Source: a phage
Length of the DNA: 64,000 bases
Sequence record: PZ402301.1
Reading direction: 5' to 3' (one strand)
Below, piece by piece: positions 38,229-48,915 of the stretch (position 1 is its first letter; each line of letters starts with the position of its first letter). A program made the position numbers and the translations under genes. A model generated the notes under the pieces. It saw nothing but the letters and a program-made list of their open reading frames with translations. It was not told where the DNA came from and made no database searches.

Positions 38229-38579
38229 TTAGTATTCTTTTAAAGCATCAACCTGTTCACGACGTTTACGCCATAAATCAATTACTTCATGCACAGATTC
38301 AGCATTTCGAATTGGACGGCATTTATATAAAGACTTATGATTTTGATATTGTGTAGATAACGGAATTTTATCTAAAAGGTCTTTACGTTCAAAATATTCG
38401 TAACCATCTAAACCAAATGAACGATTTTTGAGAAATTGCCAATGACCATATTCGTTTTCGACATAAACATAATCTGCATGCTGATAAAGTAAATTAATTA
38501 CACGTTCAGAAATAACAGTGTCATTATGATTAAAATAGAATGTTAAATCATGAACTACTAAATAAACATTACCTTTCAT
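38229..38579 (-). CDS. hypothetical protein (116 aa)
   Basis: ORF directly downstream of tRNA-Arg. Confidence 0.5.
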   Translation of the reverse strand: MKGNVYLVVHDLTFYFNHNDTVISERVINLLYQHADYVYVENEYGHWQFLKNRSFGLDGYEYFERKDLLDKIPLSTQYQNHKSLYKCRPIRNAESVHEVIDLWRKRREQVDALKEY

Positions 38580-38597
38580 ATTTTCCTCACTTATAAT

Positions 38598-38673
38598 TGG
38601 TCGAGGCAGTAGGGATCGAACCTACGACCTAGGACTTAGAAGGTCCTTGCTCTTCCTTCTGAGCTATGCCTCG
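38598..38673 (-). tRNA. tRNA-Arg (anticodon UCU)
   Basis: cloverleaf: acceptor CGAGGCA/TGCCTCG, anticodon loop CTTCTAA, T-arm GTAGG-TTCGATC-CCTAC, encoded CCA. Confidence 0.85.
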
Positions 38674-38677
38674 GATT

Positions 38678-38752
38678 TGGCGGACATGCATGGATTCGAA
38701 CCATGGACCAATTGATTAACAGTCAACTGCTCTACCACTGAGCTACACATCC
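38678..38752 (-). tRNA. tRNA-Asn (anticodon GUU)
   Basis: cloverleaf with D-arm GCTC-AGTGGTA-GAGC, anticodon loop CTGTTAA, T-loop TTCGAAT, encoded CCA. Confidence 0.7.
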
Positions 38753-38756
38753 AAAT

Positions 38757-38843
38757 TGGTGGGGAGTGATGGAGTCGAACCACCCGAGTCGCAATGACAA
38801 TGGATTTACAGTCCACACCGCTACCTCTACGGGATAACTCCCC
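38757..38843 (-). tRNA. tRNA-Tyr (anticodon GUA), long variable arm
   Basis: anticodon stem-loop TGGA-CTGTAAA-TCCA, long variable arm, T-loop TTCGACT, encoded CCA. Confidence 0.7.
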
Positions 38844-38856
38844 TTAATTCTTAATT

Positions 38857-38931
38857 TGGTGGCCCTGGGTGGAATTGAACCACCATCTGGCGATTATGAG
38901 TCGCTTGCTTGAACCTTCCAGCTACAGGGCC
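38857..38931 (-). tRNA. tRNA with CAU anticodon (Ile-lysidine type or Met)
   Basis: acceptor GGCCCTG/CAGGGCC, anticodon loop CTCATAA, T-arm GGTGG-TTCAATT-CCACC, encoded CCA. Confidence 0.75.
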
Positions 38932-38939
38932 AAATTTTC

Positions 38940-39425
38940 TTATTTTATGTAATATTTATTTAAAAACTTTCTAGCTTGAGTATGGCTAACATTTATAGCG
39001 TTTGCATAATTTTTAATAAAACCTCGTTCATCCATATTAAAATTTTCTAATATTTTTAATCGTCTAGTTATCTCATCTTGACTTAAGGTACTTGCATTAT
39101 TTTTAGAAATTTTTTCTAAGGACTGCGCCGAGTGTTTTCGACCATTAAAATTAAAATTTTTAGATTTTGGAGGAAATCTAGCATTTAGTCTCGCATCTTT
39201 TGTATTTTGATTATTAGTTGCGCAATATATGTTATTTAATGAATATGGTCCTTTATCGCCGAAACGGCACATGCAATATTCATGACCCTTTCTTCCACGC
39301 TTATCATAATTTCCCGTTGATTTCCACCAATGCAGCCATTCATCAAAAGTTAAATTCCATTCAATGTTTCTACGTATAGCAGAATTCCGCTGAGAAATAT
39401 ATTTTGCATAATCTTCTTTCATCAC
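38940..39425 (-). CDS. putative HNH-type homing endonuclease (161 aa) inserted in tRNA cluster
   Basis: His/Asn-rich core GHEYCMCRFGDKGPYSLNNIYCATNNQN; C-terminal SHTQA helix motif shared with the neighbouring GIY-YIG enzyme. Confidence 0.45.
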   Translation of the reverse strand: MMKEDYAKYISQRNSAIRRNIEWNLTFDEWLHWWKSTGNYDKRGRKGHEYCMCRFGDKGPYSLNNIYCATNNQNTKDARLNARFPPKSKNFNFNGRKHSAQSLEKISKNNASTLSQDEITRRLKILENFNMDERGFIKNYANAINVSHTQARKFLNKYYIK

Positions 39426-39469
39426 AAATTTCTCTACTTATTCAATACACTGAGCTAAATCAGCAAAAC

Positions 39470-39559
39470 TGGCGGAGGCGATAGGATTTGAACCTATGAG
39501 TCGCCGGAGCGACTGCCGGTTTTCAAGACCGGTGCATTAAACCACTCTGCCACGCCTCC
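39470..39559 (-). tRNA. tRNA-Ser (anticodon UGA), long variable arm
   Basis: acceptor GGAGGCG/CGCCTCC, anticodon loop CTTGAAA, long variable arm, T-loop TTCAAAT, encoded CCA. Confidence 0.85.
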
Positions 39560-39565
39560 AAATAT

Positions 39566-40216
39566 TTATATACTGTTAATTTGATTTAGAATTCTTTTTG
39601 CTTGAGTATGACTTACTCCAATATGCTTAGCATATTTATATAATTCACCACGCTTAGAAAAATCATATAATTTAGAAATTTCTATTCTTCTTTTTCTTTC
39701 ATCCGCAGAAACTTTTGCTTCGTTTGCTTTTGCTATTTTACGTTTAGCTTCTTGAGAATGAGTTTTACCAGCAAAGCCATTCTTCATTAATCCATTTGAA
39801 GACCATCCTTTTAATTTTCCATTAGAATGAGCCTTTTTAACACCCAATGAAATTAATTCGCGTTGCTGATCTGTCATAGGATAATTATTTATATGGTCCC
39901 ATCCACCTTCACCGCCAAGTTTTAAATTATACACATCTGGTCTATTTAAAAACTCTTCTGTGACAATATTTTTCTCGGCTTCAAGCATAGATTCTTTATC
40001 ATCAAAATACTCTAATATTTCTTTAGAGAAATTTTCTATACCATACTTGTCTTGGGCTCTTTTTAATAATTTACCAGAACCCATATATCCATCATCTAAA
40101 TTTTCGGTAGAATGCACACCAATATAAATTTTATTATTAATTTTATTTGTTATTTTATAAAGATAAAAATGCATATCAGTCCCTAATAAAGAACTGAGCG
40201 TCTCACGACGAGTCAT
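39566..40216 (-). CDS. segB: GIY-YIG homing endonuclease (SegB-like, 216 aa) in tRNA cluster
   Basis: GIY-YIG motif FYLYKITNKINNKIYIGV near N-terminus; located between tRNA subclusters as T4 segB. Confidence 0.75.
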   Translation of the reverse strand: MTRRETLSSLLGTDMHFYLYKITNKINNKIYIGVHSTENLDDGYMGSGKLLKRAQDKYGIENFSKEILEYFDDKESMLEAEKNIVTEEFLNRPDVYNLKLGGEGGWDHINNYPMTDQQRELISLGVKKAHSNGKLKGWSSNGLMKNGFAGKTHSQEAKRKIAKANEAKVSADERKRRIEISKLYDFSKRGELYKYAKHIGVSHTQAKRILNQINSI

Positions 40217-40220
40217 AAAT

Positions 40221-40294
<74 letters not shown>

Positions 40295-40299
40295 AAATT

Positions 40300-40386
40300 T
40301 GGTGCGAGAAGTGGGACTCGAACCCACAAGGAAATCATTCCGCAGCATTTTAAGTGCTGTGCCTTTACCAATTTGACCATTCTCGC
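40300..40386 (-). tRNA. tRNA-Leu (anticodon UAA), long variable arm
   Basis: anticodon loop CTTAAAA, long variable arm, T-arm GGGTTCGAGTCCC, encoded CCA. Confidence 0.85.
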
Positions 40387-40388
40387 GC

Positions 40389-40460
40389 TGGGAATAAAGG
40401 ACTTGAACCTTTGCATCTAGCAGTCAAAGTGCTATGCCTTACCAACTTGGCTAATTCCCA
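40389..40460 (-). tRNA. tRNA-Gln (anticodon UUG), 3-prime CCA apparently not encoded
   Basis: acceptor TGGGAAT/ATTCCCA, anticodon loop CTTTGAC, T-loop TTCAAGT; abuts tRNA-Leu. Confidence 0.8.
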
Positions 40461-40546
40461 ATTATTAACAAAGGCTCTCAGGAAAGAACCCTTGATGATA
40501 GAGGGTATTAATCAATGCGATATGAGTTAATAATAACAAATAATTC

Positions 40547-41071
40547 TTAAAGCAAATTAAACATTTTAACGGTCGGCAAAACAATTTCTTCTTCTATATA
40601 AGAGTATTTAACACTCTCAACTACACGCAAAAAATCATAATCATAATACTCAGAAGCATTACCTAAAATATTAATAAGTCCTTCAAGCACTTTATTACCA
40701 TTCACAAAGAATAAGTCAAATACACGTTCTTCATCTTCTTCAGATTTATTACCAAGGTCAACTTCTATATCAAAGACCTTTTTAATGAATTCTGGATAAA
40801 GTTGGTCTGAGAACAGTCCTTCAACCAAGTATTCATAGATAAAAAGCGATTGCTCACTGAACGAAGCATTACCACAATAGTGCTCAATTTTAGTACTAGA
40901 ATGTCGGCTTTTAAACTTCTTTAAAAGATATTGGAATTGTAAGATTTCATGCTCTTCTACGCCAAACAGTGTTTTGGTTTTATAGTTGTCACCATCATTT
41001 TCCCAGGTAGTGACATCAATTACGTAACCCTGCGGAATTGTAGTACCCAAACAAATATTCATTTTCACCAC
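40547..41071 (-). CDS. hypothetical protein (174 aa)
   Basis: ORF only. Confidence 0.5.
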   Translation of the reverse strand: MVKMNICLGTTIPQGYVIDVTTWENDGDNYKTKTLFGVEEHEILQFQYLLKKFKSRHSSTKIEHYCGNASFSEQSLFIYEYLVEGLFSDQLYPEFIKKVFDIEVDLGNKSEEDEERVFDLFFVNGNKVLEGLINILGNASEYYDYDFLRVVESVKYSYIEEEIVLPTVKMFNLL

Positions 41072-41355
41072 GCTGCATTAATGTAAGTATATTTAATACA
41101 TTCAAGACCCAAAGGATTCTTGAAAATATCATATTCAAGAGGACCTTTTTCTGTTTCAATAAAGAAATCAAAATTTACTGTATTAAATTTACGGTCTTCC
41201 TTCACTAATTTAACTTGAGAAGATGAACGGTCAATGTAAACCTTTTCAACTTCAAAACATGTTAAAATACCATAATCATCAATCAAAGCTTTAGCCGCGT
41301 CTTGATCGTATTTATATCCATTTTCAATGGATGATACTTTAGCATAAAGAATCAT
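41065..41355 (-). CDS. hypothetical protein (96 aa)
   Basis: ORF only. Confidence 0.45.
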   Translation of the reverse strand: MILYAKVSSIENGYKYDQDAAKALIDDYGILTCFEVEKVYIDRSSSQVKLVKEDRKFNTVNFDFFIETEKGPLEYDIFKNPLGLECIKYTYINAAW

Positions 41356-41357
41356 TA

Positions 41358-41738
41358 TCAGCCTTCATCAACAATAGTGTGAGTATTGGCATTTACGATT
41401 TGCCACCAGTCAAAACGATTAGAACCATACATCGGTTTATTTTCATTTTCTTTAATAATATCACGAAGTTCATCTTCGGTAGCGGCTTTCGCGATTAAAT
41501 CAGCATATCCACCACGAGGATAATAATTATCACCTGCAAAAAGTAAAAAGTTTGGTTTAATATTATTGAACTCTTCAAGAGTAATAACTTTTCCTGACGG
41601 TTGAACAATCTCTACATATTTATATCCCAATTTTTGGGCAGCATCTACTGCTTCAAGCAAAGTATCATGAGCCCATCCAATTTGACAACCTGGCTTTTCA
41701 GATGGATTAGCCTGATAATCCGCGTAAACTTTATACAT
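41358..41738 (-). CDS. hypothetical protein (about 126 aa from internal Met)
   Basis: start chosen to abut upstream ORF. Confidence 0.45.
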   Translation of the reverse strand: MYKVYADYQANPSEKPGCQIGWAHDTLLEAVDAAQKLGYKYVEIVQPSGKVITLEEFNNIKPNFLLFAGDNYYPRGGYADLIAKAATEDELRDIIKENENKPMYGSNRFDWWQIVNANTHTIVDEG

Positions 41739-41739
41739 T

Positions 41740-41925
41740 CTATTCACCTTTAGAAATTTTATCCATAACAATAGCGATTAAACCAATTAAAAATGCTACT
41801 ACAAGTGAAAACACATTTTCTGCTGTAGTTAATAATCCACATATAAATCCAACAAACATTGAAAAACTAAAAGCAGAAGCAGAAATTGCAATAGCAACAT
41901 TTCGAATTAATTCACAACGTTTCAT
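41740..41925 (-). CDS. small membrane protein (61 aa)
   Basis: two hydrophobic helices. Confidence 0.45.
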   Translation of the reverse strand: MKRCELIRNVAIAISASAFSFSMFVGFICGLLTTAENVFSLVVAFLIGLIAIVMDKISKGE

Positions 41926-41950
41926 TTTATTCTCCTCAGTAGTTGATAGG

Positions 41951-41983
41951 GTAATAGTATCACAACTAAAACCCTATGTAAAC
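41951..41983 (-). promoter_or_regulatory. T4-type early promoter
   Basis: minus-sense GTTTAC -35; palindrome ATAGGGT..ACCCTAT in spacer/leader. Confidence 0.45.
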
Positions 41984-42001
41984 AACTTTGTGAAATATTT
42001 A

Positions 42002-42289
42002 TTACAAAAGATTTTTAGCAATAATCTTGAGATGTGCCGCAGAAATGTGTTTAGCTTTAAACAACGCAGTTTCTTCAGCAGGAGAGATAACGATTGTAGC
42101 ACCATCCTTTTTAGCAGACCACCCATCACCTAGGTAAACAGTACCTTTGATTTCTTCGCCATCAACCAAACTAATCATTGGTTTACCTTCTCGTCCTTTA
42201 TTTGCTTTAATAACTTCAGAAGTAAGAGTAGCTTCAGTAATAGTAGAAACCGGGGTAGTTTTTGTAGTAAACTCTTTGAAAGTTTTCAT
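42002..42289 (-). CDS. ipI: internal protein I (IPI, 95 aa)
   Basis: MKTFKEFTTKTTPVSTITEATLTSEVIKANKGREGKPMISLVDGEEIKGTVYLGDGWSAKKDGATIV... matches T4 IPI as recalled. Confidence 0.85.
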   Translation of the reverse strand: MKTFKEFTTKTTPVSTITEATLTSEVIKANKGREGKPMISLVDGEEIKGTVYLGDGWSAKKDGATIVISPAEETALFKAKHISAAHLKIIAKNLL

Positions 42290-42318
42290 TTTATTTTCCT
42301 AATTAATTTTGATGAGGT

Positions 42319-42349
42319 AATAGTATCACTACCTCATCAGCGTGTAAAC
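42319..42349 (-). promoter_or_regulatory. T4-type early promoter upstream of ipI
   Basis: minus-sense AAAATAATTTCACAAAGTTGTTTACACGCTGATGAGGTAGTGATACTAT with palindrome GATGAGGTA..TACCTCATC. Confidence 0.5.
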
Positions 42350-42361
42350 AACTTTGTGAAA

Positions 42362-43058
<697 letters not shown>

Positions 43059-43059
<1 letters not shown>

Positions 43060-43772
43060 TATAGTACCTTTAGTGTATTTTTAATTTTAGAAAAAAGTTC
43101 TTCAAGAGAACCATCGTTTGTAATTACTAAATCACCATCACGAATTGGCAATCCAGCTTCTGTAATATGTGTATCATTGGATTTTTGACCAGGACGAACT
43201 ACATGAATTACTGTAGCACCCATCGCCCTAGCCGCATCCATTTCATGATCTTGACGAGTATCAGGAACGATATAATAATCATAACCTGAGTTAAATTTAT
43301 CAAGATAATCTAAAGCAAATAATTTTACCCAATACATGCGGTCGAAGTTATTAACAATCAAATCCGTACCTAGGGCTTGCATCAGACGACGGACTGACCA
43401 TTGATCTTCAATATTATTTATAACGTCAGCAATCTTGTTAAATGCTACGAAATTAACTGCGTCATCAAAAACAAACACACCTTTAATTGGGCTTTTACTA
43501 TTAAGATAGCAAAATGCTTGTTCCATAATCGTAATTACTTCTAATTTAGTCAGATTTAAATTAGTTTCACGATCATAGTCAATTCCTTCAAACTCTTTAC
43601 GAGTTAAACAAGGATAGCCAGTGTTTGCTGCAAATACACCCCATGCATAAGCCAATGCATCCTTAATAGGACCAGCAAGTTGATATTTAACTGCAGAATA
43701 ATTATTCATAATAAAATCTGCAGTAGTATCTTTTCCACTACGCTTTACACCACTTAAAAAGATTAGTTTCAT
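43059..43772 (-). CDS. 1: deoxynucleoside monophosphate kinase (gene 1), 237 aa
   Basis: P-loop FLSGVKRSGKDT; T4 position before genes 3,2,4. Confidence 0.9.
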
Positions 43773-43821
43773 ATGTTTCTCCTCAAATTTAGTTAAGATT
43801 ATAACACATGAAACTGAAGCA

Positions 43822-44352
43822 TTAAACTTCTGCTATAATTTTTCCATCTTTTTCTACTTGAAAATACGTATAAGGAATCGTTGCTGTGCATACTAAGGCT
43901 GGGTCTGAATCTTCTGTGTAGCTAAATTCTACTTCAGACAGGTCAGAAACCCAGGGCTTATAAAAATTTATTGACATCACGATTTCAGTTTTACTATTAT
44001 CTAAAATGTAAAGCGTAATGTATTCAGGACCTGTTTTTTGGGCAGTATTTTCGCCTGTAAGATAGTTACTAGTTCCTAGCATCCATTCATACATTCCTAT
44101 CCATGACTTAAGCTCTTCATCAACTATAAATCTCACGATGAGTGGATCGTACTCAAATGTAACTCCTGGACGCTGTGCTCGGCCTAGTCCAAACGGCCCA
44201 GTCACGGTATCAGTAACAGGTATCCTAATTCCCGGAATAGGAACTGACTGAGCATTTAAAGTAAAAGCAGATGTAGTATTACTATGCGGTATTGATACTA
44301 CAAAGTTAGTTGTATTTGCTTGGTTAAAAATTTGTTGTAGTGCTTGCGACAT
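43822..44352 (-). CDS. 3: tail completion/sheath stabiliser gp3 (176 aa from internal Met)
   Basis: MSQALQQIFNQANTTNFVVSIPHSNTT... matches T4 gp3; longer 203-aa ORF probably not used. Confidence 0.85.
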   Translation of the reverse strand: MSQALQQIFNQANTTNFVVSIPHSNTTSAFTLNAQSVPIPGIRIPVTDTVTGPFGLGRAQRPGVTFEYDPLIVRFIVDEELKSWIGMYEWMLGTSNYLTGENTAQKTGPEYITLYILDNSKTEIVMSINFYKPWVSDLSEVEFSYTEDSDPALVCTATIPYTYFQVEKDGKIIAEV

Positions 44353-44458
44353 ATATTCCTCATAATGCTTCATAAATGTTGGTGGTATAATGGGTCTAAG
44401 TCCCTTCCATTCAATTCCAATTAGAACAAACAATAGAAAAGAATGGAAGATAATAGAA

Positions 44459-45283
44459 TTAGATATTTGACCAGACTTTGTTTGCAGAGAAACGTTTTCC
44501 TTTTGAAATGAACTGCTGAAGTGGCATTAATACAACGTTCGCCCAGTCTTTCGGGGCGATTTCAACAAGGCTACCCATGATATTACCAGGTATATATGCC
44601 TTAATCATTTGGTCTGCACCCCTAAATCCTTTCACTTGACTCCAATCAATTTTTAATTTCGTTTTATTAGTAATAGTAGGTGTATTTGAATATTGCTTTA
44701 AAAGCTCTTCTAGAAATTGCTGACGAGCTTTAGGTGGAATATAGTGCAAGTTCAATCCGTACATTAAATTATGTTTACCTAAACCGAGGTAAATTATCAA
44801 AGGAAATTTATCCCAGTAAGGAAGAGTTTCTTTGTGTTTAGCATCGTAAGCAAAAGCATATATTCGTCCCGGCTGCGGGCGAACAACTTTATGTCCTTTT
44901 ACCTGCTTAATAGTTTCAGCAAACCACTTTCTGGTTTTATTATTAATTGCTGCACCTTCATTACGAATTTTATCACGCAATGTTTGCCTGAATGAATTTA
45001 TCATAAGCAGTTGTCTTTCTTGCTTATTGAGTTTATTCATTGGTTTTGATTCAAGCTTTTGAATCTTTTCAGCCGTTTTAATTCCTGAAGCATATTTTGA
45101 CATTGCCGAAGTAAACGTAGAGTATTTGATTCCTCTTTCTTCGGCAAATTGCTTTCCTGTCATTCCTTTTGCTTTGGCCTTTTTGTATTCAAGACCTATC
45201 TGAATCCATTTCTTTTCGTTTAATGATTGCTTAACCTTTGGAACTTGGGGAGTGCTTTCATTAATTATTTGAAAAATAGCCAT
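44459..45283 (-). CDS. 2: DNA end protector protein gp2 (274 aa)
   Basis: 274-aa ORF, same length and position as T4 gp2. Confidence 0.85.
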   Translation of the reverse strand: MAIFQIINESTPQVPKVKQSLNEKKWIQIGLEYKKAKAKGMTGKQFAEERGIKYSTFTSAMSKYASGIKTAEKIQKLESKPMNKLNKQERQLLMINSFRQTLRDKIRNEGAAINNKTRKWFAETIKQVKGHKVVRPQPGRIYAFAYDAKHKETLPYWDKFPLIIYLGLGKHNLMYGLNLHYIPPKARQQFLEELLKQYSNTPTITNKTKLKIDWSQVKGFRGADQMIKAYIPGNIMGSLVEIAPKDWANVVLMPLQQFISKGKRFSANKVWSNI

Positions 45284-45735
45284 TATGCCCCCTTAAAGCC
45301 AAGAGCTCGTAATCCATCTTCTGTTAGAATTCTAAATTTTATTCCACGCTTTTCAGCTAAAGCTTGCGCTGCTTTCCATTTGTCAGTATTAACGGAATAT
45401 GTATAAATTTCATTCATAAATCTTTTCTTCGCTGCAGTTGTTAGATGTGCTGGTTTAACTGGTGGTTGTGTTTCTTTTTTAGGTTTTATTTCAATAAAAA
45501 ATTCTTGCCCAGAAGAATCTTTCATCCAAATATCCATGAAGTATCTACGTTTTTTCCCTTCTGCATTACAAAAATAAGGAATTACTGCTGTTTCACTACC
45601 CCATGCAATAATTTCTGGATTTTTATCTAACCATTCAAAAAAGAATTTTTCCCAATTTGATCTATACGTAATTTTTTTAGGGTCACCTCTATATTTTGAT
45701 ATATTTTTAGGAACCCATTTTCCAGAATATGCCAT
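45283..45735 (-). CDS. 4: head completion protein gp4 (150 aa)
   Basis: 150-aa ORF, ATGA overlap with gp2, T4 position. Confidence 0.85.
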   Translation of the reverse strand: MAYSGKWVPKNISKYRGDPKKITYRSNWEKFFFEWLDKNPEIIAWGSETAVIPYFCNAEGKKRRYFMDIWMKDSSGQEFFIEIKPKKETQPPVKPAHLTTAAKKRFMNEIYTYSVNTDKWKAAQALAEKRGIKFRILTEDGLRALGFKGA

Positions 45736-45746
45736 TGGATTCTCCT

Positions 45747-45754
45747 TATAAATA
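45747..45754 (+). promoter_or_regulatory. late promoter TATAAATA for gene 53 operon
   Basis: exact TATAAATA about 30 nt upstream of gene 53 ATG. Confidence 0.6.
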
Positions 45755-45761
45755 GATAATA

Positions 45762-45769
45762 TATTTATA
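45762..45769 (-). promoter_or_regulatory. late promoter TATAAATA (minus strand) for gene 4
   Basis: plus-strand TATTTATA; divergent from gene 53 promoter. Confidence 0.55.
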
Positions 45770-45782
45770 AACAGGAGGGCCC

Positions 45783-46373
45783 ATGCTCTTTACATTTTTT
45801 GATCCGATTGAATATGCGGCCAAAACGGTGAATAAAAACGCGCCGACTATTCCTATGACAGATATTTTTAGAAACTATAAAGACTATTTCAAACGTGCTC
45901 TTGCGGGATACCGTTTACGTACTTATTATATTAAAGGTTCACCACGCCCGGAAGAATTAGCAAACGCTATATATGGAAATCCACAGTTGTATTGGGTTTT
46001 ATTGATGTGTAATGATAATTATGATCCGTATTATGGATGGATTACTTCGCAAGAAGCTGCTTATCAAGCATCTATCCAAAAATACAAAAATGTAGGTGGA
46101 GACCAAATAGTATATCATGTGAATGAGAATGGTGAAAAATTTTATAATTTAATATCATATGATGATAACCCATATGTTTGGTATGACAAAGGCGATAAAG
46201 CTAGAAAATATCCTCAATATGAAGGAGCACTTGCTGCGGTCGATACGTATGAAGCTGCTGTTCTTGAAAATGAAAAACTTCGTCAAATAAAAATAATAGC
46301 AAAATCAGACATCAATTCATTTATGAACGACCTTATACGTATAATGGAGAAATCTTATGGAAATGATAAGTAA
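45783..46373 (+). CDS. 53: baseplate wedge protein gp53 (196 aa)
   Basis: 196-aa ORF at start of late baseplate operon; same length as T4 gp53. Confidence 0.9.
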   Translation: MLFTFFDPIEYAAKTVNKNAPTIPMTDIFRNYKDYFKRALAGYRLRTYYIKGSPRPEELANAIYGNPQLYWVLLMCNDNYDPYYGWITSQEAAYQASIQKYKNVGGDQIVYHVNENGEKFYNLISYDDNPYVWYDKGDKARKYPQYEGALAAVDTYEAAVLENEKLRQIKIIAKSDINSFMNDLIRIMEKSYGNDK

Positions 46374-48084
46374 TAACCTTAATTGGTTTGTTGGTGTTGT
46401 TGAAGATAGAATGGACCCATTAAAATTAGGTCGTGTTCGTGTTCGTGTAGTTGGTCTGCATCCACCTCAAAGAGCACAAGGCGACGTAATGGGTATTCCA
46501 ACTGATAAATTACCATGGATGTCAGTTATTCAACCTATAACTTCTGCAGCAATGTCTGGAATTGGAGGCTCCGTTACTGGTCCAGTAGAAGGAACTAGAG
46601 TTTATGGTCATTTTTTAGACAAATGGAAAACTAACGGAATTGTCCTTGGCACATATGGCGGAATAGTTCGCGAAAAACCTAATAGACTTGAAGGATTTTC
46701 TGACCCAACTGGACAGTATCCTAGACGTCTAGGAAATGATACTAACGTATTAAACCAAGGCGGAGAAGTAGGATATGATTCGTCTTCTAATATTATCCAA
46801 GATAGCAATCTAGACACTGCGATAAATCCCGATGATAGACCACTATCAGAAATTCCAACTGATGATAATCCAAATATGTCAATGGCTGAAATGCTTCGCC
46901 GTGATGAAGGATTAAGACTAAAAGTTTATTGGGATACTGAAGGATATCCGACAATTGGTATTGGTCATCTTATCATGAAGCAGCCAGTTCGTGATATGAC
47001 TCAAATTAATAAAGTTTTATCAAAACAAGTTGGTCGTGAAATTACCGGAAATCCAGGTTCTATTACAATGGAAGAAGCGGTAGCTTTATTTGAACGTGAT
47101 TTGGCTGATATGCAACGTGACATTAAATCACATTCTAAAGTTGGCCCAGTTTGGAAAGCAGTTAATCGTTCTCGTCAAATGGCATTAGAAAATATGGCAT
47201 TTCAGATGGGCGTTGGCGGTGTAGCTAAATTTAACACAATGTTAACAGCTATGTTAGCCGGAGATTGGGAAAAAGCATATAAAGCTGGTCGTGATTCATT
47301 GTGGTATCAACAAACAAAAGGCCGTGCATCTCGTGTTACCATGATTATTCTTACAGGTAATTTGGAATCATACGGTATTGAAGTGAAAACACCAGCTAGG
47401 TCTTTGTCAGCAATGGCTGCTACTGCAGCAAAGTCTTCTGATCCAGCTGACCCTCCTATTCCGAATGATTCGAGAATTTTATTTAAAGAACCTGTTTCTT
47501 CATATAAAGGTGAATATCCATATGTTCACACAATGGAAACTGAAAGCGGTCATATTCAGGAATTTGATGATACCCCTGGGCAAGAGCGATACAGATTAGT
47601 TCATCCGACTGGAACGTATGAGGAAGTATCACCGTCAGGAAGAAGAACAAGAAAAACTGTTGATAATTTGTATGATATAACAAATGCTGATGGTAATTTT
47701 TTGGTAGCTGGCGATAAAAAGACTAACGTCGGTGGATCAGAAATTTATTACAACATGGATAATCGTCTTCACCAAATAGATGGAAGCAACACAATATTTG
47801 TCCGTGGCGATGAAACTAAGACAGTTGAAGGTAATGGAACTATCCTAGTTAAAGGTAATGTTACTATTGTAGTCGAAGGTAATGCTGACATTACAGTTAA
47901 AGGAGATGCTACCACTTTAGTTGAAGGAAATCAGACTAATACAGTAAATGGAAATCTTTCTTGGAAAGTTGCTGGAACAGTTGATTGGGACGTTGGTGGT
48001 GATTGGACAGAAAAAATGGCATCTATGAGTTCTATTTCATCTGGTCAATACACAATTGATGGATCGAGGATTGACATTGGCTAA
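46357..48084 (+). CDS. 5: baseplate hub/tail lysozyme gp5 (575 aa)
   Basis: OB-fold N-terminus, internal lysozyme domain homologous to gene e product (MLRRDEGLRLKVYWDTEGYPTIGIGHL), C-terminal beta-helix repeats VEGN.T; 575 aa as T4 gp5. Confidence 0.95.
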   Translation: MEMISNNLNWFVGVVEDRMDPLKLGRVRVRVVGLHPPQRAQGDVMGIPTDKLPWMSVIQPITSAAMSGIGGSVTGPVEGTRVYGHFLDKWKTNGIVLGTYGGIVREKPNRLEGFSDPTGQYPRRLGNDTNVLNQGGEVGYDSSSNIIQDSNLDTAINPDDRPLSEIPTDDNPNMSMAEMLRRDEGLRLKVYWDTEGYPTIGIGHLIMKQPVRDMTQINKVLSKQVGREITGNPGSITMEEAVALFERDLADMQRDIKSHSKVGPVWKAVNRSRQMALENMAFQMGVGGVAKFNTMLTAMLAGDWEKAYKAGRDSLWYQQTKGRASRVTMIILTGNLESYGIEVKTPARSLSAMAATAAKSSDPADPPIPNDSRILFKEPVSSYKGEYPYVHTMETESGHIQEFDDTPGQERYRLVHPTGTYEEVSPSGRRTRKTVDNLYDITNADGNFLVAGDKKTNVGGSEIYYNMDNRLHQIDGSNTIFVRGDETKTVEGNGTILVKGNVTIVVEGNADITVKGDATTLVEGNQTNTVNGNLSWKVAGTVDWDVGGDWTEKMASMSSISSGQYTIDGSRIDIG

Positions 48085-48094
48085 TATACTTCCA

Positions 48095-48613
48095 ATGAGC
48101 GCTGATTTAGGAGAATCCATGGAAGGTTCTTCTATCGACGTCACCTTTACCGCTCAATTAGAAACAGGTGAAACGTTAGTATCTATAAATATAACTAGTT
48201 ACGAAGAAACTCCTGGGGTTTTAGTAGAAGAAAATCGTTTATATGGAACGTATGAATCTGTATTTGGATTTGGAAATGATGCGTTGAAATATCGTTTAGA
48301 TAATGAATTTAAAACCGCTGCTTCATGGGAAGACCTTCCAACTGATTCTAATACTCAGTTATATTTATGGAAAGCTCCTCAAAACCTCCAGAAGACATTC
48401 ACTTACGAAGTAACATTAATATATGACTACCAAGAACAAAGTGAATCTGGAGGTTCTGGCAGTAATTCTAGGTCATCTTCTGATACTACTGAACCAACGA
48501 ATCCTCCAGCTCCAATAAGAAAAACTCTTGTTAAAAATTATACAAAAACTATAGTTGGAAATTGGAGTCGTTGGGCTAATAAATTGAGAAGCTACGTGTA
48601 TGAGAGGCCATAA
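48095..48613 (+). CDS. hypothetical protein gp5.1-like (start at internal Met)
   Basis: ORF between gene 5 and the PAAR-like gene. Confidence 0.5.
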
Positions 48614-48907
48614 ATGTCAGGATTAAGTTATGATAAGTGTGTTACTGCCGGCCATGAAGCATGGCCTCCAACAGTTGTGAATGCTACACAAAGTAAAGTA
48701 TTCACTGGAGGAATTGCTGTTCTCGTAGCAGGTGATCCAATTACAGAACATACAGAAATTAAAAAGCCATATGAAACACATGGCGGAGTGACACAACCTA
48801 GAACTTCTAAGGTATATGTCACTGGAAAGAAAGCTGTTCAAATGGCTGATCCAATATCATGCGGTGATACTGTGGCTCAGGCATCATCTAAAGTATTCAT
48901 TAAATAG
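48614..48907 (+). CDS. 5.4: PAAR-repeat spike tip protein gp5.4 (97 aa)
   Basis: 97-aa ORF with PAAR-like motifs; T4 position and length. Confidence 0.8.
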
Positions 48908-48915
48908 GATTTAAA

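Noticed and set aside
43822-44433. Extended 203-aa version of gp3
   Set aside because: The T4 gp3 N-terminus (MSQALQQIF...) begins at an internal Met; the upstream extension runs into the gene 2-3 intergenic region and is probably untranslated.
46608-46817. Minus-strand ORFs inside late structural genes (also 47483..47683, 50424..50621, 54339..54674, 57982..58329, 60357..60629)
   Set aside because: All lie antisense within long, well-supported baseplate or tail-fibre genes.
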